Below, one piece after another: positions 1 through 14,095 of a stretch of DNA of 64,000 nt. The stretch lies in contig KZ538551.1 of the NCBI GenBank assembly GCA_000934665.2, positions 124,001-188,000 of the forward strand, read 5' to 3'. The notes beneath the pieces were generated by a model, which had not been told where the DNA came from, ran no database searches, and saw nothing but the letters and a program-made list of their open reading frames with translations. The position numbers and the translations under genes are program-made. The stretch is from Catajapyx aquilonaris. Its lineage: Eukaryota. Position 1 is the stretch's first letter, and every line of letters starts with the position of its first letter.

Positions 1-3000
1 TAGAAGCTGAGCACAAAGCAGGAAGAAGAGAAGGAGGAAAAAAATCCCCAGGTTGCAGCGCACGGCTCATATGATCTCTTGGTAGCAGCCTCCACCTTGA
101 AAAACCATCACAATGAGAGTTCATTTCTTGGCCCTTTGTTGCTTTCCTTAGGGGGGGCAGCGGCACATGGGCACAACCTCCCCAATACTGGGGCACATGC
201 CTGCTGTGTCCTCGGGGACAAAGATGAGGAAGGAAGTGTGCCCAGGATGCACCTTTTTGAACCGGTTTTGAACCCAACTGATCCGCGTTTTGAAAGAAAG
301 AGAAAGAAAAAACAACTTCATCAGTACATTTTATTCGCCAATCATGGCTTCTAATCAGGTGTGAAACTTGACACATTCCTGCAGCCTTCGCGCTTATTTC
401 ACACCGGCGGACTAATAAATCCGGGTGCCTCCAAGCCATTGTCAGAAGGCCAGCTATCTGCCATTCAGATAACTGCGGGTTTTTAGCACGCGAAAAATAG
501 TGGCCGAGGCTTAATCACCAAGTTTCATTTGTGCGTGCAAGGCTATATCATTCGGCCCCCAGTACTTTTTTTGGGAGGGTGCGGAGCTGGAGCTAAGAGA
601 AGTGGAAAATCGAGAGCAAACCCAATTCCATTCAAACGGTTCAATTATCCTCATCCCCATAACTCTTCGGCTGGGGATTTGCTAGGTGTCGTGCCAAACG
701 CGCGAGTAAATTATTCGCCAACCCCCCCTCCACCCTTCCACCCACCCTCCCTCCCCATTGCTGCAATACTATAGTGCTGCTGCAGACAACTGTGCAGTTT
801 CGTATCCGGTAATGGATGGGCTTTATTGCTCTGTCCACCAATATGCCACCGTATCATTTGCATTCGGTTTTTGATGCATGAATTGCGCCCCACACCTATA
901 TACAGTCACGCCCCCTTGTAAACTCGTTACTGCCGCACTACAATCCCTATAGTCTGGTCATGGACGTAACTTATTCATCGGGGCAACTTATCCATGGTGT
1001 ATAACTTACATTGGAGCAACTTAACACGGAGCTTCTTATCAAGCTGTGTAACTATTACCAGAAGGTAACTTACACCACATAATCGCAGATTTTCTTTAAT
1101 TTTTGATGCGATTACAGTACATACTATTGACGGAAGAGGTGTCCGCAGAAATTCGATCCGCCTTGTGCATCCTTCGGGACTTTTGCTAACCGTGCCGCGC
1201 TGCTTCTTCGCGAATCCGCGAGAAGAAGAAAAGAGAGACAAAAAAAATCGTCGGATCAAGGCCGAAGTCGACATGGCAAATGGCAATCGAGGCCGGCATT
1301 CCAATTAGTCTTGGAAAGAGAGAGAGAAAAAAGGACTTGATGTCTATACACCACACCCAAGTCACATCCCCTTAAGTCTCCTGGAGACACACACACACAA
1401 AAAAAAAAAACCAGACAGCAGATCACTTCAGACTCTAACTGACTCCACTCTCTGGACCCTCTTTTCAAGCACATCTCGTGTCGCATCATGTCTGCTCCTA
1501 CGCAAATCCCTGACTCCCATTTTGCAATTTTCAATCCTCTTTTTGATCTGGGCTCAGACTTGTGCCCGTTTTAGAACCGCCCACACTCGCGAATTTCAGT
1601 GAAATTGCGAATCTAAAATTAGCTACAGTTATTCAAAGAAACGAGACTGTTCGTTATTTTTAGCAACATGACCGCTTTATGAATTACGTCGTATTTTGCA
1701 AGCTATATGTGAAAAATTGCATTTGTGAAAAATGAGGCTCATCAATGTGATGAACCTCCTGTGAATTCACATTATTATTTTATTCGTGTAGTATTTACTT
1801 GATTGTTATTTTATTCGTGTATTTACTTGATTGTTATTTTATTGTTTAGTATTTATTGCTTATTTATTATTTTGTTGTTTATTACTTATTTATTTGTTCA
1901 TTGTTTTATTGCTTATTGCTTATTTTATTATTTGCTATTATTTTATTTTGTATTTTATTTATTCGGTATTTTATTTTTGTGTTGATATTCGTTCATTTTA
2001 ATTCGTTTTTGTTTGTTTACTTGTTTACTTAATATTCTTCACATGCAAAATATTCCGTTTAATTACACAGATTTTTGATGGCCGCTTTCCTCAGGCAACC
2101 TTCGAACTTTTTGTGAGTCCAAAATAACAATTTTTCATCACCCCCCCCCCCCCAACAAAAAATAACAAGGGCATATGACAGCTGCAAATTTTTATGGGCT
2201 GCACAGCAACTCACACGTGACTGCCAGAATGTCTATCCTGGTGTATACGCCCCCTAATAATAACAAAAGCGGTACAGTCAATGCTCGCTCTTGCATAACA
2301 AGCTCTGCTGTGCGGGGGAGGTTATTATCCTTGTCACTAAGCAGCAGATACCGGGACAGAAGCGACAAACTCATATTGCAATTTTCTAATAAACGCAGCA
2401 GCAACAACAACAAAAAAAGAACTGGATGGACTTAAACTCGGGACCAGAGTTTGCTCATTTCCACGGCAGCAAACGCTCATTACACTCTCTTTAATAAACA
2501 CGGAGCTTGCTGAGGGGGGGAATGGAGAGAGGAAAGGAGAAAATATCATAATAATAAAGGGACCTGTTTTGCTGCGGAGAAGCATCGCACTTGGAACATC
2601 AACAAGCATAACTGGCACCACTTTGCACAATCATCCGCGAAACCCGGAATCCTTCTTAAACCCCCCTCTCTGCTGCAATTGCGACCATAAACATGCAAAG
2701 GCAGCGCAAGTACGAGCAGTTAGATCCTATAAGATTGCTCTCGTCCTTATTACGTGAGAGGCGAAAGACGGAAAAAAATGTGTGGATTTTTAGACGCCCA
2801 TAAAATTGTGTGTTTTTTTAAGTAAAAAAAGGTCACGTTCACTAATTAATTTCACGTTTTACGTACAGTACTGTACCGAACGCTGAGTAGTTTTTGGTAC
2901 CGACTGTACCTGCTGGAAAGGTAATTTTTTTAAAGCATCAAGCCATGACTCTGTCCAGAGATTCAAGGTATTAATTTTTAATGCATGCAAATCCGGTGCA

Positions 3001-3278
3001 GCCCCTCCTTTTGGCTTTTTAACCTATTACAAGTGAATATTTAGGACACAGGCTTTGTAAGTCACATTTTCATAACCGCCATCAAAAAAACCAGAATTTC
3101 AAGACAGGGCCCCTGAGATGAGTGGACTGCCAGCTGCCCATTTTCCTGACACGTGTGGACCAATAACACTCGTAGTTATATTCTTTGCTATAATAGTAAT
3201 AGCTAGTTTATAATGAGCTACAGTACCCACAGCATAACTTGTCAAAAAGTGGGCGGCGACTTCTGCCCCCTCCAGACA

Positions 3279-3331
3279 CCCTAAGCGATCTGATTGGTGG
3301 AGCTCTTCTCCACCAATCAGATCGCTTAGGG
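3279..3331. repeat. Perfect inverted repeat, 24-bp arms, 5-nt loop
   Basis: CCCTAAGCGATCTGATTGGTGGAG-CTCTT-CTCCACCAATCAGATCGCTTAGGG. Confidence 0.95.
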
Positions 3332-6300
3332 AATGGTGGGTACAGTGCGGTCCATAAGAAATCCTCTTTTGAACCCCTACCACGTACAGAGGTCGCAATA
3401 TTTAGAATAATATGCTTTTGTTGAGAAGTTAGGCTGTGGATAGTGCACGTTTTATGCATAAAGTTGGAAATAAAATCGGTAGATGGCGCATGCTCCTCTT
3501 TTCTCAAAGTGTAGCGGCACGGCATGACGGAGGTGTCATATTTCCGCTGAGGGGAAAACAGTGACCACTTCTGCTCATGAACCATTCAATAATTGCTCTT
3601 ACTAATTGAAATTAAAGCACAATAGTTTAAGGAGGGGGTATATTGGCAGGTGCGAAACTTCTGAATGCCCCCCATTTTCCATGCTTGCAACTTGTTAAAT
3701 ACCTCGAGTGCCCCCCTTTTGAATGGTGGATTCTAAATGGCTTGTGAGAAGGGGAGGAAAAGGATTGTTCCTCAACTGCTTTGCCGTCAGACTGGCCAGT
3801 TTCAGAGAGATCTTAAATACCCCTCTCCTCTCTAACTGGCCTCCCCTGAATTCATGGGGGTCCAACCTTCTCCCCTGGCCTTTTGAGCCAGAAGGAGCCA
3901 AAAAAAGAGAGAGAGAGAGGATGTTATATAGGATCAGACCTAGAGAGAAGCTTCTTTCCTTGCTGCCAGATGTAATTTAGACTTGTCCGCCGAGGCTTCT
4001 GGCCAACTGGACGCAATTTTTTACGCCGATTGCAAGCAAAAGGACGAAAAGCGGAAAGGAAGAAGAAAAAGCTAGAAATCTTCGCCGAATCCTCCCACAG
4101 TTTGCCCTTGTAAAAAAGCGGGAAGGACCTTGATAGATGAGTCGCATTGGGAGCACAGGAATGCGTGCTATTTTTTTTGCGCAAACAATGGATCAAAGGA
4201 ATGTATTTTATTCTGCCAAAATCTCCAAAAGTGTCATTGTGCTTCCGATGGGGACACTGCTGGCAATTCGCCTACGACATGTCAAGTGTGAATATTTTAT
4301 CCAGAAAAAAACCCGCGCATAAAAAAATGCAAAAGTTCAGCTCCGATACTATTTATAAGTGTAAAAAAAAACTGCCAAACCATGTTGTGTGTATGAAATA
4401 ATACCCTTTTGTGCAAAGTGGATGCTTCTTCCATATTCGATTCCCAACCTCCCAAAACCAACTCTCGAGGGAGAGAGAGAGAGAAACCGCAGGAAATGAC
4501 AAAAGAGCATGGGGAGAAAAAGCGATTTATAGGTCGTTTTATCCCGTCTTACAAGATTTTATTAGTTTAGCAGGAGAAAAACGCATTTCCAGGAGTCGTA
4601 AATAATTTTTTTCTGGATTTGAAATGTTTCCGACTTTGGAAAAATGTGCGCTGCAGATGTTGGCATGAACCTATACGTTTGTGATGATTACTATTAATCA
4701 GAAGTCAGTCCCGGCCTTTTACCTGCTGTATTTTTTTTTTGTTCCTGCTGCCTTCCGGAGATTCTCTTCCAGAGCTCGTAATGTCTCATACCTCGCGACA
4801 ACAGGACACTGCGCCTTTTACAACACCCTCCGAAACACATCAATTCGTATTCGTCTCCAGAGAGAGAGAGAGAGAGAGAGAGAGAAAACACACATTTCAT
4901 GGGTAAAAAAACAATGCTTTGATTGGGGCCGGAAAATAAACAATCAAATGTTTGTTTCCACTCGTTTTTTTTCAGAGAGTTGGCCATTTTCAGCAGAAGT
5001 ACTCCTTTTTTTCCCTGGGAGTAAATCCATGTTAACATGGTGGCGTAGAACCTGTTGGACTAAGGAATCCGGAGGGGGTTTATACGGTGGGGGGGCTTTT
5101 TTCCCTCTCTCTTTTTTTTGTCTTGAGAGGAGACGATGAGGCTACAAAAATTTTAAGGCGCCATCAGATTCCTCTCTGAAACTGCCTTCTCTGAACTGGC
5201 AGGGCAGAAATCCATCGTCTGAAAACACGGGAGCTTGTGGGCCATTACTTGCCCTGTCAATAAAACCGGTTAACTTCTGAATTTCACTGGTGAATGTCTG
5301 GAAATAATGCTCCGATGTGGACAGCAGTTAACTGTGCATGACAAAAAAAATTGCAAAAACCATTGCATTCAAAAACATTACTATAGTCTGAACTTTGCTA
5401 ATTTGTTGCGATTTTATGAATAAGTACTGGCTAAGTCAGGCAATAAAATATTTGCACTTTTGATGCACCGTACATAAATTATGTTAACCCAGATATGCCT
5501 AGTGTCATATGTACAGTTGTTATATTTAAGCCATTATAATAGTTCATTTGCTCATAAAAAGCAACAAAATATGTGTGTAAACAATTCCACAAAAAAATAT
5601 TTCGGGTATATTTGGGTTAATTTTGTTATCATAATATTGAAAAAAAATGTAGGAAATTTACAATATTCTGGAATTTAGAGAACTGTGAGCATCTGATTTT
5701 TGGGGTTTCGACTAATAGGTTTTTCCCCCTCCGTCGGGACCAGTGTGATATTACGAGTTTTGCTCATTATAAAGAAGGGAGCGAGGGTATAAGGTGCTAA
5801 TGAAAGGTTTTCTCATCTGAGCAGTCTTTATGCACTTATTAACGTCGCTCTTTCCCCAGGAAAAGTGGCCTATTTTGGTAAGAGAAGCGATCTAATTATT
5901 ATCTTTAAAGCAGCGGCTCGGCATATTCCGTTGGAAAGGCCGCAATGGCTATAGTGAACAAGGAATATGACACGAGGCAATACAAGTCTCGGAAGTTGCA
6001 AACTGCTCGTATATACTCGTAATATTACAACAGCTACTGTTGGCTTTTGCAAACTGATAAAGTGAGCTTGTTTCTGATGATCTTAATTATTTCTTGCAAG
6101 GAGCAAATAATATTATAGGCTCTGCTAATATATGAGGAGTGGAAGAGTTTTCTTCCGAAGCCTAATATCTGCTTGAAGGCAACTTGGTGCTAACAATTGG
6201 CATCGTGAGGAACATCTGGAGCATCCAGTGAGTTCTGACACTGAAATGTACTCTCCCGAAACTTTGGACTGTGAGATATATGGAAAATCGCAATGACCGC

Positions 6301-6939
6301 CCGGGTATACACGTACATGTAGAGATAGAGGAAACCCGCAGAATTTGCATAGGGAAGTGGGCATCAGCCAGCGGCATAATATGAAAGTGAACAGTGCGGC
6401 ATGAAATAAGCTCATTATTCACCTTGCCCCAGCATCAGCGTGAGTTGAGCCCCCCCCTTCAAATGAATAGCTCTCTCTCCGACACTGTGTGCGTGAGCAG
6501 TTAGATCTGTAATGGAACTCACACATCCATTTTCCAGGCTTGCAACCGACCGAATTAAATGCTGCTTTTGGTCCCCCTACATTTTAATTCCTATCAATCG
6601 GTAATCTCCCGTTATTCACGCTCTGCCTATCACAGCGAGCGTCCCCCCCCAACCAGGTAATGAGTTGCATCACCGACTATTCCAGGAGTCATCAGCCGAT
6701 GTCCGACTGTGGTTATTATGATTGTGACGCATACCCACCGAAAGTTTTTCTGCCAATTTTTTTAACAAATTGAGCGAGCAATCATTACGGTGTACAGGGT
6801 GAGTCATCACTCCAGTGCATTTGGTCTAATGAGAATCTAAAATGTAGGGGCTATAAATGTAAAGAAATTTAGCTGGTTGGAATTATTCATTGCTGATTAG
6901 TCTACAATTTTACGTCTTCGTACACGTGTATTTTTTCCC

Positions 6940-7652
6940 CAAAAATGTCTACTTTAGACATTACAAAAATGTTGCACTGATCTATGTTCTATGGAGAGGT
7001 TTTTGAACATTATGAGCGTTTTTACTACATAGACCAATTATAACGTCTACGTATGTTTTTAAAAATATTTACACCTATTGTTACCTAACCGATTTGACAA
7101 CAGTGCAAAGAATGTAACGTCTACATATATGTAACATTCATGAAAACGTTTCAAAAATAGGGCCCATATAGTGTAAGTTTTCGAAAACATAATTATTTAA
7201 ATGTTAGGCCTGCCTATTGTTACCTACCTGTTCGACAATTGTTGAATGCATGATGTAACGTCTCATTAAACTAAATAAACAATAATAATTTTTCATATAT
7301 TTATTTATCTAATTAATCGTATTTAATTTATAAAATGTGACGTCTACGCAGACGTTTTTGAAACATCACGTTTTCGTGGACATTGCTTTTAACAATTGAC
7401 AAAAATAGTGCATAATGTAACATCTACCTAAACGAAATAAAATTATAAATAGTTTGTTTTATAAAATGTGACGTCTACGTAGATGTTATTGACGTATCAC
7501 GTTTAAGTGGACATTGTTTTTTTGGAAAATGTTGTGTCTAAGTAGATGCCCTTCTTTTTACACCTGACAAACAATTTCACGGCATGTTGCATCCTTTTGA
7601 ATCGAATATTACGTGGACACAACCAGTTTGTACAAAATGTGACGTCTACGCA
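6940..7652. repeat. Degenerate tandem repeat with core AATGT(G/A)ACGTCTAC
   Basis: The core recurs near 7040, 7112, 7255, 7335, 7415, 7466 and 7637. Confidence 0.75.
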
Positions 7653-8210
7653 TGATGAGGATGCTATAAAAGAGAGCAGCGGTGGCCAAAAACCCGAGTG
7701 TGTCCCACGAGAATGTGAGGCATCGGAGTGGCCCATGGATGGCAAAGGGATGGATACAGGTCCATCTGATCCCCCATACACACACACACACACACACACA
7801 CACATCCCCCTCTTCTTCTTTTTTTAAAAAAACCTTCCACCCACCCACCCACCTATCCAACGCCACCCACCCTTCCCAACTCACTCTCTCCCCCATCAAG
7901 ACCTTAATTCGTGGCCTGGTCCCTGAGAACGGCACCGCTTTTCATTCCCCTGGGAACCCCCCCGGAGACCACCTGGATCATATACCAAAGGAAGGAAGGA
8001 AAGGGAAGGAAGGAAGGAAAAGGAACTTGTCGAGAGAGAGAGAGAGAGAGAAGGAAGAGGAAGAGCTAAAAACCACCCAAGGTTTACGACATCATTGAGA
8101 CAGGTGAAGACCAGGGTCATTCACACGGGCCAAGACTTGCAACTGGACAAGGCCCACTATACTTTGATCCAGACGAGCTCCAGAGACGCAAAATGTTCCC
8201 AGTCACATTA

Positions 8211-8460
8211 TCTCAATTATTATAAAAAGGCAAAGTTTGTCTGTTCGTTCGTTTGTTTATTTGTTTGTCCAGGGTTGTTTGTTATAAGGTTTCTTCATTT
8301 GGTTGACCAGGTTTGTTCGTTTGTTTGAGCAGGTTTGGTTGTTTTATAGTTTGTCCATGTTTGCTTGCTGATTGTTTGTTTGTCAAGGTTTGGCCACAGT
8401 GGCAACTATGCCATGGATCTGCACAATAATTATGGCAGAGCCAAGGGTTCCGCTTCTGAT
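8211..8460 (+). mobile_element. Helitron-like family H copy
   Basis: TCTC..TATAAAAAGGCAAAGTTTGTCTGTTCG, repeated GTTTGTCCAGG units, GGCAACTATGCCATGG, 3' GGGTTCCGCTTCTG. Confidence 0.6.
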
Positions 8461-11118
8461 TAATAGGATAACATTATACCGTTATGCCAAGTTTTTTAGA
8501 CAGTTTTGTAACTATACTGAGCCAAAAACATAAAAGGTGCATATGAAACAATGGATGTAAAGACCAGGCATGAAAGTCTTTGGAGTTTGTGTGTGGTCAA
8601 GCTGCTAATGAATTTACGTGTGACGCAAATGCAGGGGCTGGCCGGCAGCCGAGGGGTTTTTTTGCAACACAAGTTAACGAAGTGCCTAATTATTGTAAAT
8701 GCGAAAGCAGAGAGTACGCAGAGAGAGACAAAAATAATAGCAAAAGGTCTTGACGCATCTATTTTCCTCTCCGCATTTTGGGCTACTTTGTTATCAACGC
8801 TTTTAATTTCCCCCACCGGCTGCAGTACTATCGACCTTAAAAAGCTGGCATTATCCACGTTTTAGCCGAATTTGCGACGATACTGTACACGACTGATCCT
8901 ACAATCTACAAGATTCTCCACAGACCTTCAAAAGGTGGTGACATTTTGGTGCGTTTTTTTCTGCACTGTTTTGGCCCCCCCCCCCCCCTTGAAAATATGG
9001 CGCTTTTCCACCTGAGCCGGCTAACAAATGGCGCGGCGCCATTGTGGAAAGAAAGTCAGAGCTTCTGCATGGTCTGGGATCCCACGAGGGTCGGTGGCAT
9101 CCTTCATGAAAGGTTGCACTTCCGACATTAACATTGGAACAAAAGGTCCTCTGGGAGTGAGAGAGAAGACTTGCAGGAAACAAAAGGGGAGGAGGGCTGA
9201 ATGCTTGGTGCTGAATCTCTAAGAAGGGACCTCTCATTCTTTTTTTGCCAATGATCGAGATGGGTCCACTCCTTTTTTTTAGCTCTCTTGGGAATCGTGC
9301 ACCCTGCGATTGAGAAGTAGTTTGTCTCCATAGGATTACAGGCAGGAATTTTCACGCTTCTCTGCCTCCATTCCCCCCTTTCATAACACTGCAATGCTCA
9401 GATATACAGTGAGTTATGGGAAGATCTTTACTACGCGACGAACAGGCGGGAGTCTCGCCGTGGCAAAGCCGCAATAACGTTCGTTGGCCTCCGGCGACAC
9501 AAGACCCACAATAAGCAGCTCCGCAATTTACTAAAATTATCACGCTAATGGACTTTGTCGCTTAGTAAAGATCCGCCTCCAATTCTTATGATTTTAATGT
9601 CTGATAATGACACGATTCCTATCAGCCGTCAATTTATCCCAACTTAACAAGATTGCCATTTTAGGCTTCGGATGAGCTGTTTTCTGGGTGTCGCGAACAG
9701 ACAGGATGACAATAAAAAAGAGGGGGCTCGATGTCCGCAAGAGTGTGTCCGGATACACAGAGACTTCCCTTTTAATTGGCTGCAGGGAATCAAGGGGGGA
9801 TCAACTTTATGGAAATGGATGCCAAAGTGGGCAACCACGGTCCACGATCCGGTCTGCATAGCAAGGGATGCTGGGAGGGAGATGATGATGGGGGAAGGGG
9901 GAGTTCCCTTTAATTCCATCACCTACACAGTCTCTCTCTCTCTCTCATCTGGATCCACCCTCTCTATAGTCTTTTTCCAACCGCATGAGGATAGGAGGGG
10001 AGGGGTGGATAACAACATCGCTTTTCATCTCAGGTCAAACCAGTCCGCATGTAATTCATGCCACTTTTCTTCCCTGTTGGCAAACAATTCGAGCAATAAC
10101 CTTTCAGGGAACATCTGCCTCGCAGGTACACCCTATAAGTACAGGGTGGTGCAAAAGTTGACAGTTCAAGCAGGACACTTTTCACGTTAAATTGTTGTGC
10201 TGCAATTGAAGAAAAAAAATGTAGGATCAGTTTGCACCAACGTCTCCATTAATTTAGGCGAGGAAGCCTGAATTATAATTTATTTAATTTCAAAATATAT
10301 ATTTTAAGGGACTAACATTGCTAGGGTTCGATTATATCTGAATCAGTTGGTGGTGTGAACAATAAATTTTCGCGAGAAGCATCTCCTCTGCGAAAATGAC
10401 ATGTCCGGCCAGCGTTATTAGGGATGTTTGCCTCCATATAGCGATGCAATCCATCAATTGGGACGCATAAGGCTGGAAATCATTTCCAGTCATGGAAGCT
10501 TTGGAGAGAGAGAAAAAAAAATTTGCAAGTTTTTTCTCTCTCCAGAGCCCAAGCCAGCCTTGGGGTCTTTTCAACTAATGGAAGCTGCCATCTGTCGGAT
10601 GGGAAATAATAATGTTTTTCCACCTCCGGGGCGAGCTTCGAATGGATTAAAGGATTAATAATAACATAGGAAATTTCCCTAGCCCCTTATCTCCTGGAAA
10701 ACGCGGGTGAAAACAGCGTCAACCTGCAAAGATTAGGAAGAAAGTGCGCGGTTCCGCTCATTAAATCACAAGGGCTTATCTCGACATCCCCTCTGAACAC
10801 CTTTAACTTTGTCTCCTAGACTGGATCTACCGGTTCTATTTTTTTCGCTTGTTTTTCCGACTGGTTTTATCTCCGCCCATCAATAATTCGCTAGAATTTG
10901 TCCCCTTCCCAGATGAAATGTTTACCCAACAGACTGACAGATATATCACATGGAATGGCTGCTAGATAATTACCTGACCTCCCCTCGGGTTCCTACACAT
11001 CGGATGTCAACTTGACGGCTCCAGTTTCTGCATTACTTGTCAAATATTGACGACCAACATCGGTTTTGGGTCGAAGGTTTTTTAAAAAATACTAGGTAAC
11101 TGCGAGGGAACCCCCCCA

Positions 11119-11480
11119 TCTCTTACAGTATGGTATAAATGGGAAAGTTTCTCTGTGTGTTTGTATGTCCTGGCTACCTACCCCACGTTCAGTGTCCTGA
11201 GAGCATGAATCTTGGCACACTGATGGCTTACAGGCCGCTGATTGAGGAGAAAATATCGAAAACAAATTCTTTTAAAAGTATAATCCCGCAAAAAATATTT
11301 TTGATTGAGGTTCCGGTTTACACCAGTATCAGTAGTAGGAAAATAGTTCGCAAAAATCCCATACTGGACAATCGTACAAGTCTGGACGAACATATAGCCT
11401 ACCTATACCTTGACAAACAACCAAACATATGATATACCTCGACAAACAAGCAAACAAACTTTACCTTTTATATGTACAGA
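11119..11480. mobile_element. Two opposed Helitron-like fragments
   Basis: Plus-strand 5' end TATAAATGGGAAAGTTTCTCTGTGTGTTTG at 11134; minus-strand 5' end (plus AAACAAACTTTACCTTTTATATGTACAGA) ending at 11480. Further fragments near 12930-12970, 13470-13556, 29760-29875 and 30460-30560. Confidence 0.55.
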
Positions 11481-11959
11481 ATGTATAATTTCTTAGTACT
11501 TTTCAGCTCAGGTGGACTTTGCCCCCAAAAAAATCGAATCTGTGGTTTCAGCATCAGTTTACATCCCTATTGGCTCAATTTTGGCCCCACCAGGTCAGTA
11601 TCAAATTCGCTTCCAGAAAATCAATTGGTGGTCTCCCCTTTTTTTTGCAAAAATATTCGCATTTTGAGCCGGAAGTAGAGAGAGAGAGAGAGAGGCAGTT
11701 ACTTGGCAGGATTCGCACGACACGGTTTTCCCAGCTAATGAAACTGCTTTTCCAATCCTCAATTTATTGTCTTCCTTTTCCCTTGGAATTGGACGTAATT
11801 TGAGTCAGAATAACGGTAGCATGGGTATAGGGGGGGAGTATTCTGCTTCCCATTCTGATGGGGGATGGGTATACGTATATCTAAAAGAGGGGGAAGGAGA
11901 AGTGGGGAGAGAGACACCCCCCTTTCGATTCCTCGCCGCTTTGAAGCTGCGTGAGTCCC

Positions 11960-12150
11960 ATTTCAACTTCAAATAACATTTTTTTACTTAACCACAACCG
12001 GTTCACCTCTGTTATTTCCAAGATTGGAGTGGAAAAGTATAGACGCGTCAACATTTCAACTCACAAAAATCATTTTTTACTTATCCACAACCGGTTTATC
12101 TAGGTATTATTTCCGAGATTGGAGCAGGCAACGTACATGCGCGTAAAAAT
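11960..12150. repeat. Two tandem copies of a unit of about 93 bp
   Basis: CATTTCAACT...CATTTTTTACTTA.CCACAACCGGTT...TTATTTCC.AGATTGGAG is repeated. Confidence 0.75.
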
Positions 12151-12974
12151 CGCATGCGTTTTATACCCATTTTAATAAGTGGGTGTCGCCATCCTTGGTT
12201 GTTATCCTGACTCGAGCACTCTCATCGTGTGTTTTTCTTTTTATAGTTTTTTTTTACTTTGGTCGAGCACATTCCGTATGAATATGCATAACACGTGACA
12301 CATTGGAAGGTAACATTTTCTGTGTCAATTTCGGAGTTGTTTTTTTTTTCGTTCCCCCGGCCAAAAATATTATGCAGGAATTTTTTTGAAAGAGGTGCGG
12401 CTCTGTTAACATGCTGAATGACACTGAGCAAGGCCAGGCCCTTTTGCTGAATTGACATGCGGACTGGCAGAGGTGTCGCTTTTCGCACGCATTTATTCCG
12501 GGAGGGCAAAATGAAAAGCTAAAGAGCTGTACGGTCCCCTTCTGCTAACGGCAGACCAGTTCCTGTCACGCTTCACACACACACACTCTTGACTCCTTGA
12601 CTATTTATGCGCTTCGTTTTAATTAGACCTTGCTCCAGGACACTTAGTCGCCAGAAAGTGTTTGAGAGCTATGAGCGACGTTCATAAGGCAATGAGAGTC
12701 ATAAAGTTTGCACGCAAGTGCAAATGAGCAGGCCTTGATGTCGTTAGCCCTTTACCAGGTGGCTCGGGCGCATTCGGTTGGACGTTTAAAAAAAAAAAGG
12801 CAACTCCGCGCGTATTTTCCGCGCCCAAACGCGTCGCGATTTTGCAACAATTTCCGACAACTACTGCGAACAACGGGCGCAAAATGCAAGCGGACAGCCT
12901 CCGATCAGAGTCATTAATTTGTTTACTTATAACCTGAACAAACATACGGACGGACGGACTTTGCCTTTTCTACA

Positions 12975-13167
12975 CATGGTGTTTCAACTTTTTTGTCCGA
13001 ACAGTTATCGGAAATATTGCACTAAACTGCTACTTTGTAAGCCTAAGATTCGCAGGGAATATTCTCAATTCCTTCGACAAACCGGTTGCAAGTCACTGCT
13101 AACAAAGTAGCAGCTTATAGTGCAATATTTCCGATAGCTGTTCGGACAAAAAAGTTGAAACACCCTG
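12975..13167. mobile_element. Tc1/mariner-type MITE with about 65-bp TIRs
   Basis: CA(T/G)GGTGTTTCAACTTTTTTGTCCGAACAG.TATCGGAAATATTGCACT is inverted at both ends. The termini are CAGGGTG-type; the TA target duplication is decayed. Confidence 0.8.
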
Positions 13168-13177
13168 TGTATGTATA

Positions 13178-13400
13178 CTATAGTAGCGGACTCGTTGCCA
13201 AATTTCGGCACTGCTTGGCCCACCCACCCCCACTTGGATGTAGTACGATAGGCCTCTACCAGTTGGCGCATAGGCTAGCTGTCCCTCTGCACACTATATG
13301 CCGCTCTCAGGGAGAAAGTAGCACTACATACACGTTGGTGATGAGTCACCGTGCGGACTAAGCCCACCACGGTGCTATAACCAGCACGTGTCTCGCCTAT
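13178..13400 (+). repeat. Dispersed repeat family D
   Basis: Shares CACTTGGA.GTAGTACGAT, TACCAGTTGGCGCATAGGCT, CTCTGCACACT and GGTGATGAG.CA blocks with 15110-15270 (minus), 35790-35940 (plus) and 28915-29040 (plus). Confidence 0.7.
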
Positions 13401-13847
13401 TCATTGTTGAACTGGGAAAGTGAAAACTATATGGTAGCAATACTACCTATATAGGCGACGAGTCAACACGGACCAACTTTGTGAACAGATAGCGGATTAG
13501 GTATATAGATAACATACGAACAGACTGACGAACTGTGCCTTTTATATGCATGCAGATTTATTTGTGCTGCTATAAAGGCGCTGCACCCAAATAATTAGAC
13601 TGCAGTGTCACACACCCTGCCCTTGAATCAGATGCAAATACAATGCAATCCCAGCCCATTGTTAGGTTTGTACTCCGCAAATCAATATAATTCGGTACAT
13701 TGATTGCAAATGTGCTCCGGATGCACCATCACCAAGTGCGTCGGATCTCTTTTTGAATGAGAGCCGGTGCTAATTACTAATAATTATAATAACACACAGT
13801 AATTATTTTCCCACACGCGCGTGACACAAAAAATATGCGGTACTCAC

Positions 13848-14095
13848 CCTGGCCATACGGTCGCTCCAGGTGACGAACACTGTCGCACCGTCACACCCTC
13901 GAAGAATTCCAGGAACTAACTAAACCCTCCCTGCATGGTGTACATCACACTGAGGCGTCGGAGGGGGTTGCGGGGACGAGGGGGAGAGGAGGGGGGTGGA
14001 GGACCCCGCCGGCGCCAAGAGTGGCGTCAGAGTCGTCGGAAAGAGAGTGAGGAAGGGGGCAGCTGATCTGGCGTCGGCGGCGTCGGTGCGACTGC
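13848..14095 (-). other. Probable first exon (5' UTR plus Met-Ala-Arg) of a gene continuing to the left
   Basis: GC/CpG-rich patch; TATAAC near 14121-14116; initiator-like GCAGTC near 14095; ATG GCC AGG at 13856-13848 followed by a perfect GTGAGT donor. No convincing downstream exon was found in the window. Confidence 0.45.

Noticed and set aside
6940..7652. Recurring motif with intervening sequence, superficially CRISPR-like
   Set aside because: Repeats are degenerate, spacing is irregular, the intervening sequences are related to each other, the context is eukaryotic and there are no cas genes.
13335..13365. GTGATGAGTC...GACTAAGC in repeat family D resembles a hammerhead ribozyme core
   Set aside because: All three copies read GTGATGA rather than CTGATGA and none has GAAA after the putative stem II.
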